17,571 nucleotides of DNA, from NCBI GenBank assembly GCA_041674405.1, contig JBAYVT010000007.1:1-17571 (forward strand), in the 5' to 3' direction. The DNA comes from Patescibacteria group bacterium (GTDB lineage: Bacteria; Patescibacteriota; UBA1384; XYA2-FULL-43-10). The notes under the pieces were generated by a model that saw only the letters and a list, made by a program, of their open reading frames with translations, ran no database searches and was not told the origin of the DNA. Made by a program: the position numbers and the translations under genes. Of this stretch, positions 8,167 through 14,766 are shown piece after piece (the first letter of the stretch is position 1; each line of letters starts with the position of its first letter).

Positions 8167-8352
8167 TTATTGCTTAGCAGATTGCTTTTTTGCAAGATAG
8201 ATTTTGTAAAGCCGGATGCCCAAAATGATCAATGCGGCTAAAATCGCGGCTAAAATGATACCTTTAAAAAGCAGGTTGGTTGTGAAAAAGGAGCCGGCTG
8301 CAGCTGCAGTGGAGGCACCCAAAACACTTTTACTTGTAGAATCGCCTGACAT
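8167..8352 (-). CDS. Small single-pass membrane protein (first gene of the minus-strand cluster)
   Basis: 61-aa ORF with an AGGAGA Shine-Dalgarno 6 nt upstream. It has the hydrophobic helix GIILAAILAALIILGI and a basic C-terminus. Its stop is 5 nt before the GT2 start. Confidence 0.6.
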   Translation of the reverse strand: MSGDSTSKSVLGASTAAAAGSFFTTNLLFKGIILAAILAALIILGIRLYKIYLAKKQSAKQ

Positions 8353-8541
8353 TTGATTCTCCTGATGGTTAATTAGTTATAACGCTTAGTCATAACACAA
8401 AACCACAAAAATAGCAATAGCTGAGCAGAGATTATCAAAATTTCAGCCGGGTGTGGAGAAAATGATATTTAAATCGGAGAAAATTTGTGCTTTAAAATGG
8501 TTGTGGTGCTTTGGAAATTAGCATCATTTTATAATACCTAA

Positions 8542-8672
8542 ACCCCTCGGGGCATGGTGAAAACACGTAAGCGATAAAGACGGTCTTCTGTCTGGTATGC
8601 TTACGTGTCTCCGCTCGAAAGGGCGGATGGGCACTCGCAAGAGTGCCGCCAGCGGGAGACCATTTTTATTTT
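8542..8672 (+). ncRNA. Structured RNA leader or small RNA: long hairpin plus two tandem GNRA-capped hairpins, ending in a U-tract
   Basis: A perfect TATAAT at 8530-8535 lies just upstream. Hairpins: acacgtaagc (8563-8572) / gcttacgtgt (8599-8608); ccgctc-GAAA-gggcgg (8611-8626, includes a U.G pair); ggcactc-GCAA-gagtgcc (8630-8647). An alternative outer helix is gtctcc (8607-8612) / ggagac (8655-8660), followed by tttttatttt (8663-8672). The GNRA loops and the wobble pair only make sense on the plus strand. Confidence 0.45.
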
Positions 8673-8694
8673 GTCTAATTTTGGAGGGAACAAG

Positions 8695-8955
8695 ATGAGC
8701 GATGAACAGCAGGTTGTGAAAGTTGTTTGTGCTGATTGTGGGAAAGTAGTGCTTGAGATGAATAAGCTGAGTGAGTGCTTGAACCATTTCTGCCATGTGA
8801 ATAATATAATTGCGCCAGCGAAATACACGGGAGAGAATCTCCCTGATTTCTTAGAGTGCGACTGCAAAAATGTGCTCGGAGTCTTGGCTGCAGATCCCCA
8901 GTCTGTCCCAGCCTACTATCTGATAGCGGGGAAATATCGGTTAGCTACGAGGTGA
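8695..8955 (+). CDS. Small Cys/His-rich (zinc-ribbon-like) protein, function unknown
   Basis: 86 aa from ATG 8695. GGAGG at 8683-8687 lies 7 nt upstream. I do not use the track's GTG 8605 start because it lies inside the RNA structure. Motifs: CADCGK...CLNHFCH...ECDC. Confidence 0.6.
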   Translation: MSDEQQVVKVVCADCGKVVLEMNKLSECLNHFCHVNNIIAPAKYTGENLPDFLECDCKNVLGVLAADPQSVPAYYLIAGKYRLATR

Positions 8956-9094
8956 GGCTCAATAATAGAAATCAAGAAAGGTTCAAGTCTATGCTCAAAG
9001 AATCGAGACATTGGATACAGATTCTTACTTCGAGTATGGAAAAAATAAATTTGCTTTAGAGTTAGCAACTCCCAAGTGAGGTAGTGCTGAATCC

Positions 9095-9122
9095 TTTACT
9101 AAAAAGATGCTGTATGTATAAT
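9095..9122 (+). promoter_or_regulatory. Promoter candidate for the DUF4145 gene (TTTACT-16 nt-TATAAT)
   Basis: TTTACT at 9095-9100 and TATAAT at 9117-9122, 36 nt upstream of ATG 9158. Confidence 0.4.
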
Positions 9123-9157
9123 TGAATCATAAATCATAAAATAGTTAAGGTAAAATA

Positions 9158-9904
9158 ATGACCGACCAATCAGAATTAGATAATAGATATTTTATAGATA
9201 ATTATAAATACAATTGCCCTTTTTGCAATCGAAGGTCTGTCACTTATAGCGTTGTAAGTCAAAGCCAAATAAACTGGTCTGATGATAAAGTTGCACATGT
9301 GTACAGAGTAAATTGCGGTGGTTGTCAAAAAGTCTCAATCCATTTTAGTTATTACAATTTCAGAGTTAACTATAGTAGTTTCAACATTCCCGAAGACGAA
9401 AATGGGGAAACAGTTGATGGTTTTAACTTTTCTGACTTGGATAAATATTTTTTTTATCATAACCCAACTTCGTTCTTTACCGTAAACCCTCTCATCCCTA
9501 AAACGGTTAGGGAGTTGGTTTCGGAAGCTGAGGGTTGTAAAAAAATGAACTTCTTAGTGGGTGCTTCCGGTTCACTTCGAAAGGCAATCTACGAATTTCT
9601 AAAACTACAGAAAGCACAAGGAGATAATTATCAAGAAAAAATTAAATGGCTGAAGAAGAAATATCCGGTCATAGATCCAGTTTTATTTGACACTCTCGGA
9701 AATATTCAGGACATGACAAGCGAAAATATGCACGAAAAAGAGGGTTCGTGGGAACCATGGAAGAATAAAGACCTAGAGTTCTTGATAATGTTAGTCCGTC
9801 TAGTTTTAGACGAGGTGTATGTAATACCTTTGAAAAGAAAATCTGCCTTGGACAAGCTGAATCAATTGAAATCAAAATCAGAGCTGAGTAAGCGACTTAA
9901 TTAA
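9158..9904 (+). CDS. N-terminal zinc-ribbon fused to a DUF4145 domain
   Basis: 248-aa ORF. The N-terminus has CPFCNRR...CGGCQK (a 4-Cys ribbon). The C-terminal half, IPKTVRELVSEAEGC...GASGSLRKAIYEFL...LGNIQDMTSENMH...LEFLIMLVRLVLDEVYV, follows the DUF4145 helical pattern as I recall it. Confidence 0.7.
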   Translation: MTDQSELDNRYFIDNYKYNCPFCNRRSVTYSVVSQSQINWSDDKVAHVYRVNCGGCQKVSIHFSYYNFRVNYSSFNIPEDENGETVDGFNFSDLDKYFFYHNPTSFFTVNPLIPKTVRELVSEAEGCKKMNFLVGASGSLRKAIYEFLKLQKAQGDNYQEKIKWLKKKYPVIDPVLFDTLGNIQDMTSENMHEKEGSWEPWKNKDLEFLIMLVRLVLDEVYVIPLKRKSALDKLNQLKSKSELSKRLN

Positions 9905-9949
9905 ATTAACACCTTTTCAAGAATCCAAGAGGGGGAAGGACCTTTAATT

Positions 9950-10516
9950 TTAATGTTTCTTCAGGGTTGTAGGTGTTTTGCCCATAGCTTCCATTAAAGT
10001 CGGTGACGGAGAATTGAATTCTATCTCCAGTCCCAGCTCTTTTTTTAGTTCCAATATTCTCGTAAGTAGCTTCACATTTCGGTCCAGGAGTATCTGATCC
10101 TTCTTCTTGAGCGTTTGGCCAAAATTAGTGACAGTAAGATTGTTTATTTTATACAGTTCTCTTGATGCTATTTCATTATTTATCAAAAGGATGAGATGCA
10201 TCGTCAGGGCTAGTTGTCTGAAGGTTTCTTTGCCTGCCAACTCTTTAGGCAAATGCGTCTTTAGGATATCCCAAGTTGAAAAGTAATATGGAGTTAAGGT
10301 CGATAATAAGTGCTTGTCCTCAAGAATGGAGATTTCTTCTTCTAGATGAATGCAGTTAGCAGATAGCATTTCGAGGTTACTAATAATTTCCTCTTTAAAA
10401 GCTTCAAAGATATTCGTGTCTCTTTTGCTCTCTTGCTGGCTTTCTAATCGAAACGTAAGCAATACACCAAAACCTGTTGCCAAAATGCCGGAAATTAAAC
10501 CGAGTAAATATTGCAA
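9950..10516 (-). CDS. Single-pass membrane protein with helical cytoplasmic domain, function unknown
   Basis: 188-aa ORF. The apparent start is TTG, with AAAGGA 6 nt upstream. The N-terminal TM helix is LLGLISGILATGFGVLLTF. It is convergent with the DUF4145 gene across a 45-bp gap. Confidence 0.6.
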   Translation of the reverse strand: MQYLLGLISGILATGFGVLLTFRLESQQESKRDTNIFEAFKEEIISNLEMLSANCIHLEEEISILEDKHLLSTLTPYYFSTWDILKTHLPKELAGKETFRQLALTMHLILLINNEIASRELYKINNLTVTNFGQTLKKKDQILLDRNVKLLTRILELKKELGLEIEFNSPSPTLMEAMGKTPTTLKKH

Positions 10517-10590
10517 TTAGAGTCCTTTCGTGTACTTCTAGAATCTAACCTAACAAACACTCCCGCTCCTTTTAATCCTCTGAAGCACAA

Positions 10591-10640
10591 AATGTGTAAA
10601 AAATACTATGGTGGAGCTTATCACCGAGAATTTACACATT
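10591..10640. repeat. 10-bp perfect inverted repeat in divergent intergenic region
   Basis: aatgtgtaaa (10591-10600) and tttacacatt (10631-10640) with a 30-nt spacer. It lies between the divergent 9950-10516 gene and the DUF4065 operon. Confidence 0.5.
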
Positions 10641-10788
10641 ATACAAACGGAGGCTAGGCGCTGGAAGGAAATAATCTATCCCAAATTCCAGAGGCATCAT
10701 TTGACTTTATAGATGTAATCCCATAGTGTATTAGCACTATTAATAATAAAATGTTGATGCTATGATAGAACCAGGTAACGGAGGGGAT

Positions 10789-11283
10789 ATGTCTAATACA
10801 AAAGAGGTGGGGCAAATGGCTTCTGATGTGGCGAAATATTTTTTGTATCGAGCAAAAGAAGACGGGGATTATATTTCCCCTCTAAGGATTCAAAAGCTGG
10901 TTTACTACGGCTATGTGTGGCCCCTAGTCCTTAATGAAAAGAAGTTATTTTCTGAGCAGTTAGAAGCATGGCCTAATGGCCCAGTTGTACCAAGCCTCTA
11001 TAAAGAGCTGAAATCTTATGTTTCGAGCCCTATAGATGACAAGTACCTTAAAATTAAAACCCCAAAAGAATTTTCTGAGTTCTTGCATCTCAAATTTGAT
11101 GAAGACACGCTTGATGTTCTTGACCAAGTTTATAACCAATATATGACAAAGACACCATTCGAGCTTGTACTCCTAACTCATAATGAGGCGCCCTGGAAAA
11201 AGGCACGAGAACGAATGGATAATGGCGGCACAAATAATATTTTTGATTCAGACATACTCGAGTACTATTCAAAAACAACTTAA
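10789..11283 (+). CDS. DUF4065 (Panacea / SocA-like) antitoxin-type domain protein
   Basis: ISPLRIQKLVYYGYVWPLVLNEKKLFSEQLEAWPNGPVVPSLYKELKSY matches the DUF4065 core: KLQKLLYY..., the AW-x-x-GPV motif, then Y-x-x-(F/L)K. Start chosen at ATG 10789 after GGAGG (10779-10783). The track's ATG 10762 and ATG 10816 remain possible. Confidence 0.8.
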   Translation: MSNTKEVGQMASDVAKYFLYRAKEDGDYISPLRIQKLVYYGYVWPLVLNEKKLFSEQLEAWPNGPVVPSLYKELKSYVSSPIDDKYLKIKTPKEFSEFLHLKFDEDTLDVLDQVYNQYMTKTPFELVLLTHNEAPWKKARERMDNGGTNNIFDSDILEYYSKTT

Positions 11284-11285
11284 AA

Positions 11286-11699
11286 ATGGCCTCAAAAAAG
11301 AAAAGCGTAGCAGTAGTACCTGAACCTAATTTTGGGAATGAAAAACTCAAAATTAGTTTTGAGTATTATGATTCAGCATCATCGAAATATTGTTTGTCTA
11401 AATTTGAAAAAGATCAGGTCAGAGAAGCGCTTCTGAGACTCAGAGATATTAATGGCAAATCTTATATGGAACTTTATCGACAGAGAGACCATTATCATTT
11501 TCACCAAGTAAATTGGAAAGATACAGAAGAAAAAAATGGCTTCCCTCCTTGTGGAGTCAATGAATTTGATCCATTCCAGATAGCTCTTCACAATGTGAAT
11601 GAGTGGAAGGTAAGGGTCTTTGGGGGAATCCACAAAGGGACATTCTATATCGTATGGTTTGATCTTGAACACGAGATAGACCCTTCGATGAGAAGGTAA
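11286..11699 (+). CDS. Hypothetical protein, candidate toxin partner of the DUF4065 protein
   Basis: 137-aa ORF whose ATG lies 2 nt after the upstream stop, so it is probably translationally coupled. No TM segment. The C-terminus WKVRVFGGIHKGTFYIVWFDLEHEI is a beta-hairpin-like pattern faintly reminiscent of RelE/ParE-fold toxins; this is a weak call. Confidence 0.65.
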   Translation: MASKKKSVAVVPEPNFGNEKLKISFEYYDSASSKYCLSKFEKDQVREALLRLRDINGKSYMELYRQRDHYHFHQVNWKDTEEKNGFPPCGVNEFDPFQIALHNVNEWKVRVFGGIHKGTFYIVWFDLEHEIDPSMRR

Positions 11700-11709
11700 A
11701 ATTATACAG

Positions 11710-12525
11710 ATGGGCAGAAGAGTATATTATCCTCCGATCTATGTATGTTACAGAAAAGGCGATTCGCACTATCTGCTCTTTTGGATTGAGTTCGGAAATG
11801 ACGGGTCTGTTTATGTCTGGTTCTCAGAAAATCACCGGAAACTTTTTCAGGTTCTGGCATCACACGAACAGGAAGAACTGTCTGCAAAAATTTCCCAAAT
11901 TTCCGTAGAAGATAACCCTATTGAAGTCTATAACCCTCACATCTCATACCATTCCAGTGGAAGAGTCCACATCTCTGGATATGACAATCTTCATGACAAA
12001 CCAAAGGAGCATGTAATTGAAGATAGGGCGACGGAAAGTTTCCTTTCGGTCTGTATAAAAAAAATTGGCTTGCCTTTTTGTTCTATAATTAGCCCTGTCA
12101 TGACAGCAGAAAAATGGGCGCAACTTGAAGTTGTGAGCAAGGATGAATTTCTTAAGAAAAAATGGAATTATTCTGCATTGGTTGGAGGTGAAATAAAGAT
12201 AGCTAGCAATAATAACTCGGGAAGAACGCTGATCGCAATTGATTCATCATCTGTCAGCAAAAATCATGCCCTTACCACAGAAATAATTATTCATGGTTCT
12301 GGCCAGTTTGATTTTGACTCAGATCCTAATAAAAAAATAAAAAATATTATTGGTAAGGCTAGTTTCTCTAACGAAAAAGCCCCTGCGAAAATCAGCTTGC
12401 AATTCTCAACAATTCCTTTCAGTAGAAAGAAAGATAAAAGGAACACAAATTACATTTGTTTATATAATAACGATTATCACACCATTGTGCTTATCAAACC
12501 AACCGATCCTTTGCAGAACTCATAA
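11710..12525 (+). CDS. Hypothetical protein (third gene of the DUF4065 operon)
   Basis: 271-aa ORF starting 10 nt after the previous stop. I recognised no motif. It is His-rich near the N-terminus (HISYHSSGRVHISGY). Confidence 0.6.
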   Translation: MGRRVYYPPIYVCYRKGDSHYLLFWIEFGNDGSVYVWFSENHRKLFQVLASHEQEELSAKISQISVEDNPIEVYNPHISYHSSGRVHISGYDNLHDKPKEHVIEDRATESFLSVCIKKIGLPFCSIISPVMTAEKWAQLEVVSKDEFLKKKWNYSALVGGEIKIASNNNSGRTLIAIDSSSVSKNHALTTEIIIHGSGQFDFDSDPNKKIKNIIGKASFSNEKAPAKISLQFSTIPFSRKKDKRNTNYICLYNNDYHTIVLIKPTDPLQNS

Positions 12526-12529
12526 CGAG

Positions 12530-13747
12530 CTATTTCGTGCCATGCCACCTATATGCTCTCCGGAAACCAGCTTTTTCCGCTTGGGCTATTGTAGAACAAT
12601 ATAGCTCTCCCTTATTCACTTCGATTGTTGTGGTATCGTATTGTTGATCAAACGGAAGGTGATAAATCTTTTCTTTGTTTTTTCCGATATTGCATTTAAT
12701 ACAAGGGTATCCGATGTCCATTTTGCAATTTTCTACTAGATCAATATCCAGCTCGTTGGCAAATCTCCGAGCCAAATCAGACAGGCTTGTGCTGGTGTAA
12801 AATACCGCTTTAGGTTTTTTGTCCGGATTGGCGTCTCTGTATTGGAAAAAAGTGCCAAAGAGCTGGAAGATATGTTTTTCATGAATAGTTTTGAAATGAG
12901 ACCAATTTTTGCACTGCACAATCAGACATTCCTTGCCCTTGTGGCAGATCAGGTCACGGCCAAGGTCATCCAACCCTTGAAATATGCCGTGATAATTTAC
13001 GCTGTAACCTTCTTTTTCGTAAAGATAACCTATATAGCGCTCATACATTCTGCCAATAGCCCACTTTGATTTAGGACGCTTCCAATAGCGATCCAGCGCC
13101 ATTTGATTTCTTTCTGCAGAGGAGAGTTTTCGATATTCTTCTTTGGTCAAGAAATTTGATACAGGATCAGCCTTTTCCTTGTCCGTAAATTCTTGCAGAG
13201 CAATGTCCTCGTCTTCAATAATCTCGTCCTTAAAGTCTAACAGAAATGGTGCAATTGATTCGTAATATTCTATTATTGCTTGAGTTTGACGATTTTCAGC
13301 CTCTGCGGTTCTTCTTCTGCGACCCTCTTCCTTGACAACCTCAGCAGCCCGATAGGCTGGATTCCTTTTAGTAACCAGACTATTAACCAAATAATTGTCT
13401 CTAATCTCCTCATACCCGCTAATCACTGAATTCAGTGTTGGAAAGCCGGAGCTTTTTTCAAGTAAAGATTGTTTGTAAACCCCAGCCGAGTGTTCGAATG
13501 TTCGACTTTTGAGATCGAGACGGCTAATTTGTCCTTCAAGCTCGTCCAATTTCTGCTTCTCAACGAATTTATTTTCCTCATAAAAAGTATTGAATGCTAT
13601 TACTGCAACCACAGAAAAAAACCCGGCAAAAACCAAGACCCATCCAATAGAAACATAATCAAATATAACCCATGAGCCAAAAACCAAGGTTATTATTATG
13701 GCCACAGCTAGTGTTGAGAGATAGTTTTTGATGTATTTTTCAATCAA
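12530..13747 (-). CDS. Membrane-anchored Mrr-type (PD-(D/E)xK) restriction-endonuclease-domain protein with a C-terminal nuclease-associated motif
   Basis: 405-aa ORF with a TTG start and AAGGA 6 nt upstream. It has two N-terminal TM helices, a charged coiled-coil region, then an Mrr_cat-like core: YERYIGYLYEKEGYSV...GLDDLGRDLICHKGKECLIVQCKNWS...IHEKHIFQLFG. The C-terminus IKCNIGKNKEKIYHLPFDQQYDTT...GELYCSTIAQAEKAGFRRA matches a module I have seen fused to other bacterial nucleases. Confidence 0.75.
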   Translation of the reverse strand: MIEKYIKNYLSTLAVAIIITLVFGSWVIFDYVSIGWVLVFAGFFSVVAVIAFNTFYEENKFVEKQKLDELEGQISRLDLKSRTFEHSAGVYKQSLLEKSSGFPTLNSVISGYEEIRDNYLVNSLVTKRNPAYRAAEVVKEEGRRRRTAEAENRQTQAIIEYYESIAPFLLDFKDEIIEDEDIALQEFTDKEKADPVSNFLTKEEYRKLSSAERNQMALDRYWKRPKSKWAIGRMYERYIGYLYEKEGYSVNYHGIFQGLDDLGRDLICHKGKECLIVQCKNWSHFKTIHEKHIFQLFGTFFQYRDANPDKKPKAVFYTSTSLSDLARRFANELDIDLVENCKMDIGYPCIKCNIGKNKEKIYHLPFDQQYDTTTIEVNKGELYCSTIAQAEKAGFRRAYRWHGTK

Positions 13748-13837
13748 AACTCATCCTTATAACTTCGATTTCATTATACATCAAACTCTTGGCTATTTCT
13801 CCCAATCAATGATGAAGGCATATTTGTAGCCAATTCG

Positions 13838-14113
13838 CTAAGTATGAGAAATTGCGCTAATTATCACCATTGTAATAATCCATGCTAAGATTAGCCACCA
13901 ACCAATGGCCTTTGTTCTTCGTTCAACATTCTTCGAGAAGGTCTGAATTATTATCATAATTATTGAAACCCAGCTCAAGAAATCGCTTCCGAGTCTAATA
14001 AAATTTCCAACCACGCCCCCAACGATAAATCCAATAATAAGAAGACCGATCCCGATAAGTAGCACAAGATTATAGCTCAGATTCTTACTCTTTTTCGGCT
14101 GTTCTGACTCCAT
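13838..14113 (-). CDS. Small three-pass membrane protein
   Basis: 91 aa from ATG 14113 (MESEQPKK...), preceded by a perfect AAGGAGG with 5-nt spacing. The track's TTG 14131 start actually contains this Shine-Dalgarno sequence. Three hydrophobic segments. Confidence 0.7.
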   Translation of the reverse strand: MESEQPKKSKNLSYNLVLLIGIGLLIIGFIVGGVVGNFIRLGSDFLSWVSIIMIIIQTFSKNVERRTKAIGWWLILAWIITMVIISAISHT

Positions 14114-14133
14114 TATTACCTCCTTTTCCAAAA

Positions 14134-14550
14134 CTAATTGTTTCTTGTATATAGATACCTAGTATTTATCGCTGAACTAATTTTCCCATGAGTTGAATTA
14201 ATTTCCGATTCGCATTTGTCTCCCCCCGGACACTCAATGCCTTCTTTTTTGAGAAGGGACAAAATTTTAGATATTTGTTGATCTAAAAACAAGTGATTAA
14301 TCTTTCCTCCTTCATAGATTTTTTCTAATTCTTCAGCAGGAATTTCATTAACCAGTTTATTCATCTTTCTGTTAAAACGATTCTCTTTTGCAAAAAAATA
14401 GTACAAAAAAGGAGCAGCTATTATTAGGATCGCCCACTCTGAGATATATAGGAACAAAATGTATCCTAATAGTAAAACAACCAGAATTAGTCCGATATAT
14501 TTCACAGTAGGGGCGAAAAACTTTGTAAACCAATGCTCAATTTTATCCAT
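14134..14550 (-). CDS. Two-pass membrane protein with cytoplasmic C-terminal domain (CPGGDKC)
   Basis: 138 aa from ATG 14550 (MDKIEHW...), with GAAGG 8 nt upstream; the track's TTG 14583 start is less likely. Its stop lies 20 nt before the start of the next gene. Confidence 0.65.
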   Translation of the reverse strand: MDKIEHWFTKFFAPTVKYIGLILVVLLLGYILFLYISEWAILIIAAPFLYYFFAKENRFNRKMNKLVNEIPAEELEKIYEGGKINHLFLDQQISKILSLLKKEGIECPGGDKCESEINSTHGKISSAINTRYLYTRNN

Positions 14551-14593
14551 TCGCTTGGCCTTCGTTTTAATAAAAAAGGACAACCACCTAGGT

Positions 14594-14711
14594 TGTCGAG
14601 ACCAGCATCAGGTTTGACCCTAATGTTTGTTGGTGATTGCCCTATTTATAGGGTCAACCACCAAACACAAAAATGTTGGTAGTTTTATTCAAACTAATAC
14701 TGGTCTCGACA
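14594..14711 (-). ncRNA. 118-nt nested inverted-repeat element; candidate 5' leader or small RNA of the membrane-protein/nuclease genes
   Basis: A 12-bp perfect closing repeat, tgtcgagaccag (14594-14605) / ctggtctcgaca (14700-14711). The central hairpin pairs 14630-14644 with 14649-14664 around a 4-nt loop. One position is A.C on the plus strand but G.U on the minus strand. Segment 14650-14659 can instead pair with 14611-14621. Confidence 0.45.
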
Positions 14712-14716
14712 TGATA

Positions 14717-14745
14717 AATATAACAAAAATAGTGCAATACCACAA
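14717..14745 (-). promoter_or_regulatory. Promoter candidate (minus strand TTGTGG-17 nt-TATATT) firing into the 118-nt element
   Basis: The reverse complement of 14740-14745 is TTGTGG and of 14717-14722 is TATATT, with a 17-nt spacer. The predicted start is near 14710, at the first arm of the closing stem. Confidence 0.35.
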
Positions 14746-14766
14746 TGAAATTTATGGGTTGGGGAA

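Noticed and set aside
8542-8672. Possibility that the structured region is a tRNA, tmRNA, SRP RNA or a Mn(II) yybP-ykoY riboswitch
   Set aside because: There is no cloverleaf (the loops are tetraloops, not 7-nt anticodon or T loops), no CCA-type acceptor end and no SRP domain IV motif. Resemblance to yybP-ykoY (a 5' GGGG..., a 3' ...GAGACC) is only a few nucleotides, and the downstream gene is not a metal transporter. The call is left open pending an Rfam scan.
8524-9059. ORFs 8524-8796 (-), 8601-8867 (-), the GTG 8605 start of the plus ORF, and 8856-9059 (+)
   Set aside because: They overlap the structured RNA and/or the RBS-supported 8695-8955 CDS. None has an RBS. The GTG 8605 start sits inside a 10-bp stem.
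9669-9875. Antisense ORF 9669-9875 (-)
   Set aside because: It is embedded in the DUF4145 CDS.
11090-12604. ORFs 11090-11350, 11379-11672, 11557-11769, 11702-11887 (-) and 12350-12604 (+)
   Set aside because: They are antisense to, or out of frame with, the tightly coupled three-gene plus-strand operon, or run across the convergent stop junction. None has an RBS.
12736-13675. ORFs 12736-12921 (-), 12842-13069 (+) and 13469-13675 (+)
   Set aside because: All lie inside the nuclease CDS, whose Mrr-type motifs define the frame.
14594-14711. MITE or miniature transposable element interpretation of the 12-bp terminal repeats
   Set aside because: I saw no flanking target-site duplication (ggt versus tga) and no second copy in the window. 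Its position at a predicted transcript 5' end favours an RNA or regulatory role.
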